A stretch of 64,000 nucleotides of DNA from positions 4,480,001-4,544,000 of the forward strand of contig OY762911.1 in the NCBI GenBank assembly GCA_963666565.1, in the 5' to 3' direction. Position numbers and translations under genes: made by a program. The DNA comes from Thermoanaerobaculia bacterium (GTDB lineage: Bacteria; Acidobacteriota; Thermoanaerobaculia; Multivoradales; Multivoraceae). The notes under the pieces were generated by a model. It was not told where the DNA came from, did no database searches, and saw only the letters and a list, made by a program, of their open reading frames with translations. Below are positions 28,601-37,154 of this stretch, one piece after another. The stretch's first letter is position 1, and each line of letters opens with the position of its first letter.

Positions 28601-29173
28601 GTCCGCCGTGTTGTCCGAAATGAGGCGGATGAACCGCGGCGCCCGCCGCTGGAGGCGGTGCAGGGCCTCCTGGTCGACGTCGTCCGATGCGACGAAGAGC
28701 GCGTCGATGTCCGAGCTGTAGTTGACCTCCAGGCCGCCCCACTTGCCCATCGCGATGACCGCGAACGGTTCCCGGTCGAGCCCGGTGGCCTCGAGCGCGC
28801 GCTGGACGCAGACATCGGCGACGCGGGAGATCTTCTCGACCGTGGCGGCGAAGTCGTCGAGGCCGCTGAAGTCGGCGGCCGCGACCCGGATCAGCTCCCG
28901 GTAGCGCAGTACACGCAGCCAGCGCCGGATGTCCTCGTTCGGCCCGGGCCGCAGCGCCGCCATGCGCTCGTACTGCTCGTCGGCCGACTCCCGCTCGACC
29001 GGGAACAGCCCTTCCTCCGCCTCCGGGTGCGCGTCGAGCCAGCGCGTGTAGGCCGGCGCGTACTCACGCAGGATGTCGCGCTGCGAGAGGGCGAGCGTCT
29101 CCCGAGGATCCTCCGCGTCCTCGATGTCCATGGCCGCGAAGGCCTCGATCGCGTCTTCAAGGCGGGAGTTCAC
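25691..29173 (-). CDS. glnE: Glutamine synthetase adenylyltransferase with internal ACT-like domains
   Basis: Two NTase domains (MGKWGGLEVNYSSDID...RVDMRLRPEG; LGKWGGRDLGYASDIE...LDWRLRPGG) separated by ~350 aa with ACT-like segments. Confidence 0.88.
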   Translation of the reverse strand: MNSRLEDAIEAFAAMDIEDAEDPRETLALSQRDILREYAPAYTRWLDAHPEAEEGLFPVERESADEQYERMAALRPGPNEDIRRWLRVLRYRELIRVAAADFSGLDDFAATVEKISRVADVCVQRALEATGLDREPFAVIAMGKWGGLEVNYSSDIDALFVASDDVDQEALHRLQRRAPRFIRLISDNTADGFVFRVDMRLRPEGKMGPLVRTVGQYLRFYERYGMNWTFQALIKARFAGGDEAAAKALIDGTRRFVFNPDRPPETLLREVFEMKRMIEKSLRTSGTEVGNVKLGAGSIRDIEFVVQLLQLYHGAANASLRSPNTLRAMSRLLAHRVITRDEHDRLREAYVFLRVVEHVLQLERDLPVRQLPREPKQWATFQWRVAFALRQPLSTLDLAARYEETAAVVRRIFGEFFDETIDFLERKHRVRELCPDVPSEVIDEHFRRLESAYFLSFPVEEVARHVKMIHELDGERLCRVDVRHVGSTRRVTVVANDYQGEFAKICGLLAAYGQSILSGRSYTYHDVANLEIYRRPRRSRRRRPGRKRRRNRQPAEAPRPPRQGPTRIVCSADVQPAAAGRHEVTSWVDFERELNRLLALLEKGEERRANEEVTLRVMEAVRRMKLDAEADEVLPPISISVDNESDESCTILEIRSPDSFMFLFEFANVLATRDYWIDKVEFDTVDGEVRDRLFVTTRRGGKIEDRLGVDNLRLTVTLMKQFARRLAVAPNPHLALRQFGALIDAACEQVSDPTQALTSSLDELARVLGAGTYLWEEFLRRQHENLMPLLANVADLDLGAGREDLERRLDAALEGEERPDDALNRFKDDEIGRIDMRHLVRRIEHFSDFGAELSTLSDVVLTRAAEEAVAEVAGGEAAPGGWCLCALGKWGGRDLGYASDIELMFVWDAGGSDQAGAGEFHERAAVRLARLIRAKRDGIFELDWRLRPGGSSAPLAASFQRFASYYSFDGEADPYERQALVRLRTVAGDPDLRARVEAHRADYVFDPRPHDLARIRHLRNRQRSELVARGTTNAKFSAGGLLDAEYFVQVKQIAAGAEDPEVRQTNTQDAIHALHDRGHVSREEFERVEAGYRLLRAVINCLRIVRGHSKDLVIPDRRTSEFRFLARRLHGLGQLPDEEGAWDLIAERMGDLERLFDGLE

Positions 29174-29265
29174 GGCGGCGCCTCCTCTTTGCCGGTCCGC
29201 CGACGGCGGCGGCGAAGAGAGGATGCTAGCGGACGTGTATGCCGACGGTAACCGCGCCGCCTCCC

Positions 29266-29685
29266 TTACAGCGGTTCCCAGGGGCTGACGACATCGACGC
29301 CCAGAGCGCGGAAGTCCGCCACGTCTCTTGTCGCGACCACGAGATCGTGAACGGCCGCCGTTCCGGCGATCAGCGCGTCCGTCGGACTTGCGGTATGGCC
29401 CGACCTGCGAGCCCGTGCGCGCAGCTTGGCACCCTGCGTGGCCTCACGGCCGCCGACGGCGATCATGCGGTCCTCATGCTCCGCCTGGATCGCAGACAGG
29501 TACTTGCCCAACTGCCGCCTGCGCCGTCCCGGCCGCATCAGTTCCAGGCCGAAGTCCATCTCGTGGATCACGATCGCCGAAAGCCAAAGAGCCTGGCCTG
29601 AGTTCATGAACGCGACGACCTGCAGGTCGGGGGCGGGCCTGACGACTTCGGAGACGACGTTCGTGTCGAGGAGGAACCCTCTCAC
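29266..29685 (-). CDS. vapC: PIN-domain toxin
   Basis: FLLDTNVVSE, DALIAGTA, ATRDVADF; GTG overlaps the antitoxin stop. Confidence 0.9.
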   Translation of the reverse strand: MRGFLLDTNVVSEVVRPAPDLQVVAFMNSGQALWLSAIVIHEMDFGLELMRPGRRRRQLGKYLSAIQAEHEDRMIAVGGREATQGAKLRARARRSGHTASPTDALIAGTAAVHDLVVATRDVADFRALGVDVVSPWEPL

Positions 29686-29987
29686 TCCCAGTCCTCCCAG
29701 TTCCACTCGTCCCCCTGGAAGGGGATCTCGCGCTCCGGCTCCTCCTTCCGATCCGGCAACTCCAATTCGATCCCGCGAGGTGCATTCTCGACCAGCCACT
29801 GTCCCAACGGCATCTTCGGCTTCTCCCGCAGTTCCCACTCCCGCCTCGGCACCACGACGAAGGTGTTGCGCTTGCCGATCCGCTGAGGCCCTTCCTCCTC
29901 GGCCAGACGGAGGATCTCCGACAGGCGCGCCTTCGCCTCGGCGATGGTCCAGGTTCGTTCTCGTTCGGATGCGGAAGCGACGGTCAT
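29682..29987 (-). CDS. Phd/YefM-type antitoxin
   Basis: WTIAEAKARLSEILRLAEEEGPQRI; translationally coupled upstream of vapC. Confidence 0.85.
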   Translation of the reverse strand: MTVASASERERTWTIAEAKARLSEILRLAEEEGPQRIGKRNTFVVVPRREWELREKPKMPLGQWLVENAPRGIELELPDRKEEPEREIPFQGDEWNWEDWE

Positions 29988-30014
29988 GCGAAGCTCCTTG
30001 GGGCGGCTCGCCAT

Positions 30015-30035
30015 TGTGGTCCAACATAGACCACA
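30015..30035. promoter_or_regulatory. Probable TA autoregulatory operator
   Basis: TGTGGTC-N7-GACCACA perfect inverted repeat 28 bp upstream of the antitoxin start. Confidence 0.6.
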
Positions 30036-30098
30036 TCGAGGCAGGCGTCAACCGTTCACCCGGCGATAGGGTTCCCGGACACTGTCAGGAGAACCGCC

Positions 30099-32558
30099 AT
30101 GAGAACGACCGCCCGCATCGCCAGCCACGCCGCCCTGCTCGCGCTCGCCGCTTCCGCGACGGCGCAGGTTGGCGGAGGCCCTGGCGACGCTCATGTACCT
30201 GCCGGAGGCGGCTACCTCACTCCGCCGCGGGAGATCGTCGACATCCTCGACGCGCCGCCGACTCCCGGCGTGCTGGTGAGCCCGAACCGGGACGTCGTCG
30301 TGCTGACGGAGCGGCGAGCCATGCCGCCGATCTCCTGGCAGGCGCGGCCGCTGGAGCGTCTGGCGGGCTACCGGATCGACCCGCGGAACAGCGGACCGTG
30401 GCGGGCGCCGGAAACCGCGGCGCTGACCGTTCGCCGGCTGGACGGCAACGCGGACGACGCCGGCGTCCGGATCGACGCGCCCCGCGGCACGACGCTCGGC
30501 TGGCCGCGGTTCTCGCCGGACGGCTCGCATCTCGCCTATGCCGTCCTCCGCGACACGGGGATCGAGCTCTGGGTCGTCGACGTCGTGAGCGGCAAGGCGA
30601 AAGCGCTGACCTCGGCTTCGCTCAACGCCACCTGGGGCGCCCCGTGCGCGTGGCTGTTCGATTCGAGCGGCGTGCTGTGCCGCTTCCGGGCGCCGGCCAG
30701 GGGCGCGCCGCCTTCGCCGCCGCGGCAGCCCGACGGACCCAACGTCCAGGAGCACGACGGGCGGCTGTCGCCGGTGCGCACCTACCAGGACCTGCTCGCC
30801 AATCCGCACGACGAGGCGCTGTTCGAGTATCACTTCACGAGCCGGATCGAGACGGTCGATCTCGCCACCGGATCGAGGATCGCCATCGGCGAGCCGGGGC
30901 TCTACGCCGGCGTCTCGGGCGCTCCCGACAGCCGGCACGTGCTCGTGCAGCGGCTCGAGCGGCCCTTCTCCTGGCTTCACCCGGCGAGCCGCTTCCCGCG
31001 CTCGGTCGAGGTGTGGGACCGGGACGGCGGCAAGGTCGCGACGGTGGCGACCCTGCCGCTGGCCGACGCCGTGCCGATCGGCGGCGTTCCTACCGGGCCG
31101 CGAGGTCACCGCTGGAATCCCGCGGCGCCCGCCACGCTGGTCTGGAGCGAGGCGCGGGACGGCGGCGACCCGAAGGCCGAGGTCCCGCACCGCGACCACG
31201 TGTTCGCGCTCGACGCGCCGTTCGACGGCGAGCCGTGGGAACTGACGCGCACGGAGTACCGGTTCTCCGGAATCGCCTGGACGTCCGACGGCACGGCCCT
31301 GGTCAACGAGTTCGACCGGGAGACGCGCTGGACCCGCACGTCGCTGCTCGATGTCGGCGGCGACGAGCCGAGGACGCTCTTCGACCGCAGCGCCGAGGAC
31401 CGCTACGGCGATCCGGGCTTCCCGTGGCGCCGGCCGGGCGGCGGCGCGGCTGGCGCGACGATCTTGCAGGACGGCGATTCCATCTACCTGATCGGCCGGG
31501 GCGCCTCGCCCGAAGGCGACCTGCCCTTCGTCGACCGGCTGAACCTCGGCACGCTCGCGACGGAGCGGCTGTTCCGCAGCGAATCCGGGACCTACGAAAC
31601 GGCCGTCGCCGTGCTTGCAGCGGACGGCGGCTCGCTCCTGACCCGCCGCGAGAGCGCCACCGAGCCGCCCAACTACTTCACCACCGACGCCTCCACCGGC
31701 GACCGGCACGCCCTGACCGACTTCAGCGACCCGGCGCCGATCCTCCGTCAGGTCGAGAAGCGGCTGCTGACCTACGAACGGGCGGACGGCGTCGGCCTGT
31801 CGGCGACCCTCTACCTGCCGCCCGGCTACCGGGAGGGCGACCGGCCGCCGATGCTGCTCTGGGCCTATCCCCGCGAGTTCACCAACGTCGACGCGGCGAG
31901 CCAGGTGACCGGCTCCCCGCACCGCTTCACCACCCTGCGCGGCGCGTCCCACCTGCTCCTGCTGACCCAGGGCTACGCCATCCTCGACGGGCCGGCGATG
32001 CCGATCGTCGGCGAAGGCGAGACGGCGAACGATACCTACGTCGAGCAACTCGTCTCAAGCGCTGCCGCGGCCATCGACAAGGTCGTCGAACTCGGCGTCG
32101 CCGACCGCGACCGGATCGCCGTCGGCGGCCACAGCTACGGCGCCTTCATGACCGCCAACCTGCTCGCCCACTCCGACCTGTTCGCCGCCGGCATCGCCCG
32201 CAGCGGTGCCTACAACCGCTCGCTCACCCCGTTCGGCTTCCAGAACGAACGCCGCACCTTCTGGGAAGCCCAGCACGTCTACGCCGCCATGTCGCCGTTC
32301 TTCCACGCCGAGAAGGTGAACGAGCCGATCCTGCTCACCCACGGCGAGATCGACAACAACTCCGGCACCTTCCCGATCCAGTCCGAGCGCTTCTACCAGG
32401 CGCTCAAGGGCCACGGCGCCACGGTGCGCTACGTCACGATGCCTCACGAGTCCCACGGCTACGCCGCGCGGGAGTCGGTGCTACATGTCGTAGCCGAAAT
32501 GCTGAACTGGTGCGACCGCTACCTGGGCGATGGGCTGAAGGCGAGGACCTCGAAGTAG
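30099..32558 (+). CDS. S9 family peptidase (secreted)
   Basis: Signal peptide; GGHSYGAFMT nucleophile; DNNSGT and HESH triad regions. Confidence 0.92.
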   Translation: MRTTARIASHAALLALAASATAQVGGGPGDAHVPAGGGYLTPPREIVDILDAPPTPGVLVSPNRDVVVLTERRAMPPISWQARPLERLAGYRIDPRNSGPWRAPETAALTVRRLDGNADDAGVRIDAPRGTTLGWPRFSPDGSHLAYAVLRDTGIELWVVDVVSGKAKALTSASLNATWGAPCAWLFDSSGVLCRFRAPARGAPPSPPRQPDGPNVQEHDGRLSPVRTYQDLLANPHDEALFEYHFTSRIETVDLATGSRIAIGEPGLYAGVSGAPDSRHVLVQRLERPFSWLHPASRFPRSVEVWDRDGGKVATVATLPLADAVPIGGVPTGPRGHRWNPAAPATLVWSEARDGGDPKAEVPHRDHVFALDAPFDGEPWELTRTEYRFSGIAWTSDGTALVNEFDRETRWTRTSLLDVGGDEPRTLFDRSAEDRYGDPGFPWRRPGGGAAGATILQDGDSIYLIGRGASPEGDLPFVDRLNLGTLATERLFRSESGTYETAVAVLAADGGSLLTRRESATEPPNYFTTDASTGDRHALTDFSDPAPILRQVEKRLLTYERADGVGLSATLYLPPGYREGDRPPMLLWAYPREFTNVDAASQVTGSPHRFTTLRGASHLLLLTQGYAILDGPAMPIVGEGETANDTYVEQLVSSAAAAIDKVVELGVADRDRIAVGGHSYGAFMTANLLAHSDLFAAGIARSGAYNRSLTPFGFQNERRTFWEAQHVYAAMSPFFHAEKVNEPILLTHGEIDNNSGTFPIQSERFYQALKGHGATVRYVTMPHESHGYAARESVLHVVAEMLNWCDRYLGDGLKARTSK

Positions 32559-33802
32559 CGGTTCATTCGCTCGTAGTCGGTGGAGTCGAGGAAGGCCTTC
32601 ACCTCCGCCAGGGCCCGCTTCTCGATCTTCTCCGGCGAGGAGTCGAAGATGTCGGCTTCCGTCAGGAGAACCCGCCGGTAGAAGTACGGAAACGCGCCGT
32701 CCAACTCGAGGGGGAGGTTGCCTGGATCCACTCCTTGGACCGGGCTTCGCCGCATGAACCGGATCAGGCTCTTTACGGCTCCGCGTTCCTTGCCAGCTAC
32801 CCGAGCGCCCCCGAGCTTCACCGTCATGCTTCGGTGGGTGAACTCGAACCACCAACCCTGATCGCCGACACCCAGAGCGTTCATGCGCTTGAACCAGCCC
32901 TTCTCCCAGAACGACACCCAGGAAACACCGGGAGCTCCGCGCGCCTCCGTCTTGAACTTCTCGCCCTTCAGGTGCTCCTTGACGGCGTCACACAAGTCGC
33001 CTGGACGCTGGCGGAAGTCCCGCAGCAGGCTGTCGACTGCGATCTCATCATCCGGTGGTACGCCCCAGCACGCGGGGACGACGCCAGGCTTCCACTCGCG
33101 CAGCATCTTCTCGAGGGTTGGCCTTCGGTCCTTCAACAATCGTCGGAAGCCGTCAGAAGACGGCCCCAAGCCGAGGATGTTCCGGTCGACGATCTCGATG
33201 TACTGGCGGAGAAACGCCTCCACTTCCTCGGAAGAGACACAGCCCTGTTCAAGAAGCGAACCCACAAGGCACCGGACCTCGTGCCAGCTCAGATGGAGAT
33301 AGTCCTTGTGCTTCGGATCGCCGCTCTCCGAAGCGGTCAGCAGGACGCCCTGAACCCTGTACGAGGCGCCGTGCTTCTTGCACTGTTCCTTGACATAGCC
33401 ACGAAGCTGCTTCACATGCTCGGACGCGCGCCGGCACGGCTTGTTCTCGATGACGAGCTGGACCTTTGGCTCCTTCTCAAGAAACACCATCACGTCAACG
33501 CGGTCGCGTTCCCGTTCGACCCGGACATCCTCGGCAGCGAAGCCGGCCGCCATGTCGAGCCCCTTCAACTTGCCGCTGTGCTTCTTCTTCTGCAGGCACT
33601 CCCCGATCTTCCTGAGGAACGCGTCGCCTACGCCGTGTGTCTCGCCCGGCGTCAGCAGCCAGGCCAGCACGTTGCTGTGCCGGATCTCGTAGTCGCTGTA
33701 CCGGAGCACTTCGAACGCGTTGAAGTTCCGCTCCTTCATCAGGGCCGCGTAGTCCTTGAAGGCCCTGTCGTCGAGCAGTTCCCGCACTCGCTTCTTGTCC
33801 AT
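32519..33802 (-). CDS. PD-(D/E)XK nuclease family protein
   Basis: FNAFEVL...EIRHSNVLAWLLTP.ETHG.GDAFL...RE..RVD...VIENK. Confidence 0.8.
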   Translation of the reverse strand: MDKKRVRELLDDRAFKDYAALMKERNFNAFEVLRYSDYEIRHSNVLAWLLTPGETHGVGDAFLRKIGECLQKKKHSGKLKGLDMAAGFAAEDVRVERERDRVDVMVFLEKEPKVQLVIENKPCRRASEHVKQLRGYVKEQCKKHGASYRVQGVLLTASESGDPKHKDYLHLSWHEVRCLVGSLLEQGCVSSEEVEAFLRQYIEIVDRNILGLGPSSDGFRRLLKDRRPTLEKMLREWKPGVVPACWGVPPDDEIAVDSLLRDFRQRPGDLCDAVKEHLKGEKFKTEARGAPGVSWVSFWEKGWFKRMNALGVGDQGWWFEFTHRSMTVKLGGARVAGKERGAVKSLIRFMRRSPVQGVDPGNLPLELDGAFPYFYRRVLLTEADIFDSSPEKIEKRALAEVKAFLDSTDYERMNRYFEVLAFSPSPR

Positions 33803-33834
33803 CGCTGTTCCTCCCAGAACCGCTATTGCCGGTA

Positions 33835-34031
33835 CCGACGACCTCCAGTCTGCGCCGGGAGCCGGAGGGGAGGGTCCAGCGGGCTGGAGGCAAGCGACGG
33901 CCGACGACCTTCCATCAACCGACGCCGACGCGGAGCGCAGCCGACCGAAGCGAGCGCCTACATCCCACTCACCCAGAGAGCGCGAGCGGCCGCTGGGACC
34001 CTCCCCTCCGGCTCCCGGCGTGGACGGGTGC
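33835..34031. repeat. ~196-bp long-stem element, copy B
   Basis: Arms 33848-33882 and 33990-34025; 107-nt conserved loop. Confidence 0.8.
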
Positions 34032-35585
34032 CACGAACCGACGTGAGGCAGGAGTTGGGAGCAGGGCCGCGTCGGCGGATTCCTCGATGATCCGGTCGAG
34101 CTCCAGCTCGACGCTCTCCGCGTCGGGCGGCGTCTCGACCTCGCCCGTCGTCACGAGGTCGAGCAACCGGCCCTCCTCGTCGAAGGCGCGGAAGATCGAT
34201 CCTTCGTCGGACAGCTCGGCCATCCAAAAGTGGGGCTCGCTCGCCGAGCGCGCGATGTACCAGCGTTCCTCGGCGTCGACGGTCCGCGCGTCCATGCCCA
34301 TGCAGCCGTCGCCGAGGTAGAGCACGCCCTCGCCCTCCCCGACTACCTCTCCGAGCCGGATCGGATGGCTGCGCTTGAGGACGTGGTCGTGGTTCTCCAG
34401 CGCCACCGTCAACCGGCCCCGATGGAAGACCTCCTCCCACGCCTCCCGACCCGCGGCCGAACCCTCGTACGAGCGGTGGGCCGGATAGAGGGGGACGTGG
34501 TAGAGCGCGAGCCTGTTCGGCAGGTCCGCGTCGGCCTCCATGTGCGACGCCAGCCACGCCGCCTGGTCTTCGTGGGACACGATGTGGCCGCTGTCCAGCA
34601 CGTAAAGCGCCCCGGCCGCCCCGAGACCGCGGCGAAAGTACGTCGCGCCGCCGTCGTCCGAGATCGCGGCCGACGCGGGTCGAGGCGTTGCCGCCTCCAC
34701 CGTCCCGGCGACATTCTCGCTCGCAGGCGCCGTTCCGGCGGCCTGGTTCTGCGCGAACAGCCCGAAGAAGAACGGCGCCTTCCGTTCCGGCGGCGCCGAC
34801 GCGGGAACCCCGCCGTCGCGGCCGACGTTCACCTCGTGGTTGCCGATCGCCAGCACCAGCGGAACCGTGTGGCCTTCCGGCGTAACCAACGCCTCGGTGA
34901 CGTGCTCCAGCCACGTCCGCCAGCGCGGCCACCGCGAAACGAGCCCGTTCGCGTAAGCCAGGTCGCCGCCGATGACGAGCATGTGCGGCGACTGCCGCGC
35001 CGCCTCAGCCAGAAGCGCCAGCGATAGCGATTCCGTGCCGACGTCGCCGCCCGCCGCCAGACGCACCGGACCATCGCGCGGCACCGTGCGGAAGCTCCGC
35101 GTCTCGCCCACGGACCGCCCGTCGAGGAGGATCTCGAAGCGGTAGGTCCCGCCCGGCGCCAGACCGCGCAACTCGACGCGGGAAACGCGGACGCCCGGAA
35201 CGCCGGCGATCTCGGTCGCGTCCCCGGCGACCGACGACGTCTGTCCGTCCTCCCCCGCAGGGCGCCACTCCACGCTTGCCGACCGTGGCAGCCTCTGATC
35301 CGGGCCATCCGCCTCGACGACCAGGTTGACGGTCATCGTCGTCGACGTGTCGCCCTGCCAGGTCAGGTGGACCGAGTGCCAAGGCGGCTCGCCGCCGGAG
35401 CCGGAACATCCCGCAACGAGGAGCGCCGCGAGAACGACGGTCGATGGCGTGGAGAGCCTCAAGCGACGAACGCCAACGCGGAAGGCGGCGGCGGGCTCCG
35501 TCCGGCGCGCGTTTCTGGCCGCCCGCGGCGGCAGCGGGTCAGAAGACCCGCGCACCCAGGCAGGGGAGCTAGGGTGCGGCTTCAC
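33969..35585 (-). CDS. Metallophosphoesterase (purple acid phosphatase-like, FN3 domain), lipoprotein
   Basis: GGDV, GGDLAYANG, GNHE, YHVPLYP, ENHDH; true start is probably downstream of 35585 because the 5' part runs through a REP unit. Confidence 0.8.
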   Translation of the reverse strand: MKPHPSSPAWVRGSSDPLPPRAARNARRTEPAAAFRVGVRRLRLSTPSTVVLAALLVAGCSGSGGEPPWHSVHLTWQGDTSTTMTVNLVVEADGPDQRLPRSASVEWRPAGEDGQTSSVAGDATEIAGVPGVRVSRVELRGLAPGGTYRFEILLDGRSVGETRSFRTVPRDGPVRLAAGGDVGTESLSLALLAEAARQSPHMLVIGGDLAYANGLVSRWPRWRTWLEHVTEALVTPEGHTVPLVLAIGNHEVNVGRDGGVPASAPPERKAPFFFGLFAQNQAAGTAPASENVAGTVEAATPRPASAAISDDGGATYFRRGLGAAGALYVLDSGHIVSHEDQAAWLASHMEADADLPNRLALYHVPLYPAHRSYEGSAAGREAWEEVFHRGRLTVALENHDHVLKRSHPIRLGEVVGEGEGVLYLGDGCMGMDARTVDAEERWYIARSASEPHFWMAELSDEGSIFRAFDEEGRLLDLVTTGEVETPPDAESVELELDRIIEESADAALLPTPASRRFVAPVHAGSRRGGSQRPLALSG

Positions 35586-36435
35586 GGAGTTGCTCCATCA
35601 CGGTCTGCGCGTTCTCGGGCCGGCCGAGGTGCAGCCCCATCCCCGGCATCGGCGCCACCGGCACGAGGACGCGGGCGACACGCAGCTCGGCGAGCGAACG
35701 CAAACTCGACAGGTCCTCGCCGATGCCCGCGGTGATCTCGAGCGCGTCCGGGTCGCGGCCGTGCTCGGCGGCCACGTCCCGCGCGAGGCCGATCAGTTCG
35801 GCCGAGGCCCCGCGCGCGGGAAAGAAACCGTCGCCCAACCGGCCCGCACGTCGCGCCGCCGGCTTCGAGTGGCCGCCGACGACGATCGGCACGCTGCCGT
35901 TCACCGGTTGCGGGCGGCAGTACGCGGCCTCGAAACGGACGAACTCGCCGTGGTAGGTCGGACGCTCCGCGCCCCACAGCTCGCGCATGGCCTCGACGTA
36001 CTCGTCGGTCCGGCGCCCCCGGTTCGCGAAGGGCGCGCCGATCGCGTCGAACTCCTCCTTCAGCCAGCCGACGCCGATCCCCAGCAGGAGCCGGCCGCCG
36101 GTCAGGTGATCCAGGGTGGCGATCTGCTTGGCCGCCACCACCGGGTTGTGCTGGGGCACGATCAGGATCCCGGTGCCGAAGCGGATCCGCCGCGTCCGCG
36201 AGGCGACGAACGCCATCCAGATCAGCGGGTCGGGCAGAGGAAAGTCGTCCCTGCCGCCGGCCATCTTGCCGTCCGGCGAGTAGGGGTAGGCCGACTCGTA
36301 ACCGCCCGGGACGACCGTGTGCTCGACCGTCCAGATCGACTCGAAGCCCGCCTCGTCCGCGGCAACCGCCAACTCCACCGCCAGGCCAGGATCGACGAAG
36401 CGACCCGTGTTGCAGTACCTGAGTCCGAACCTCAT
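35569..36435 (-). CDS. LLM-class F420-dependent oxidoreductase
   Basis: WTVEHTVVP, LDHLTGGRLLLGIGVGWLKEEF, VGGHS..AARRAGRLGDG. Confidence 0.88.
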   Translation of the reverse strand: MRFGLRYCNTGRFVDPGLAVELAVAADEAGFESIWTVEHTVVPGGYESAYPYSPDGKMAGGRDDFPLPDPLIWMAFVASRTRRIRFGTGILIVPQHNPVVAAKQIATLDHLTGGRLLLGIGVGWLKEEFDAIGAPFANRGRRTDEYVEAMRELWGAERPTYHGEFVRFEAAYCRPQPVNGSVPIVVGGHSKPAARRAGRLGDGFFPARGASAELIGLARDVAAEHGRDPDALEITAGIGEDLSSLRSLAELRVARVLVPVAPMPGMGLHLGRPENAQTVMEQLREAAP

Positions 36436-36467
36436 AGGCCGCGCAGTGTAACCGTCCCTCCGCTACG

Positions 36468-37016
36468 ATGCCGGCGGTGCGCGAGGCTGCAGGCAAGGCC
36501 AAGGTCGCCGACATCGACTGGTCGTCCTGGCGCGCCGTCGACCGGGCAACCCTGACCTTCGTCGTCGAGGGCGACCGCGTCCTCCTGATCCGCAAGAAGC
36601 GCGGCCTGGGCGCCGGCAAGGTCAACGGTCCCGGCGGCCGCCTCGAGGCCGGCGAGGAACCGATCAATTGCGCGGTTCGAGAAGTCGAGGAAGAGCTCGG
36701 CATCACGCCCCTGGGACTCGAGTATCGCGGCGAGAATCTGTTCCAGTTCGTGGACGGCTACTCGATTCACGTCTACGCCTTCACCGCCTCCGGGTACCGG
36801 GGCGACCTTCGCGAAACGGACGAGGCCGCGCCGATGTGGACGGACCTGGACGCCATTCCCTACGACGAGATGTGGGAGGACGACCGGCTCTGGTTGCCCC
36901 ACTCCCTTGACGGTCTGGCGCCCCGAGGCCGCTACATCTTCGACGGCGACCGAATGCTGGACTGGGAGCTTGAAGTCGACGGGAAGTTCTACAGTCCGAA
37001 ACGGCCGACCGCGTAG
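36468..37016 (+). CDS. 8-oxo-dGTP diphosphatase (NUDIX, MTH1-like)
   Basis: KKRGLGAGKVNGPGGRLEAGE..CAVREVEEELG Nudix box; IPYDEMWEDD. Confidence 0.88.
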   Translation: MPAVREAAGKAKVADIDWSSWRAVDRATLTFVVEGDRVLLIRKKRGLGAGKVNGPGGRLEAGEEPINCAVREVEEELGITPLGLEYRGENLFQFVDGYSIHVYAFTASGYRGDLRETDEAAPMWTDLDAIPYDEMWEDDRLWLPHSLDGLAPRGRYIFDGDRMLDWELEVDGKFYSPKRPTA

Positions 37017-37021
37017 CGCCC

Positions 37022-37154
37022 GGTGCGCGGGTTTCCGGCCCGCTGCCGCCGAAGGCGGCGGCGACATCGTCGCCGGGCTTCGGCCGGCGGCTTCTTTCCG
37101 GGCTGCGCCGCTCCGCGGCGACGCCCGCGAGCGGGTCAGAAGACCCGCGCACCC
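37022..37154. repeat. REP-like hairpin doublet
   Basis: Reverse-oriented version of the composite at 23276-23445. Confidence 0.7.

Noticed and set aside
25784-29251. 1155-aa plus-strand ORF opposite glnE
   Set aside because: Antisense shadow ORF typical of high-GC coding DNA; no motifs, and glnE explains the region.
29426-34090. 1554-aa ORF, and similar long ORFs such as 13680-16736, 20527-23367 and 50205-53363
   Set aside because: Arg/Pro/Gly-rich off-frame translations spanning several real genes.
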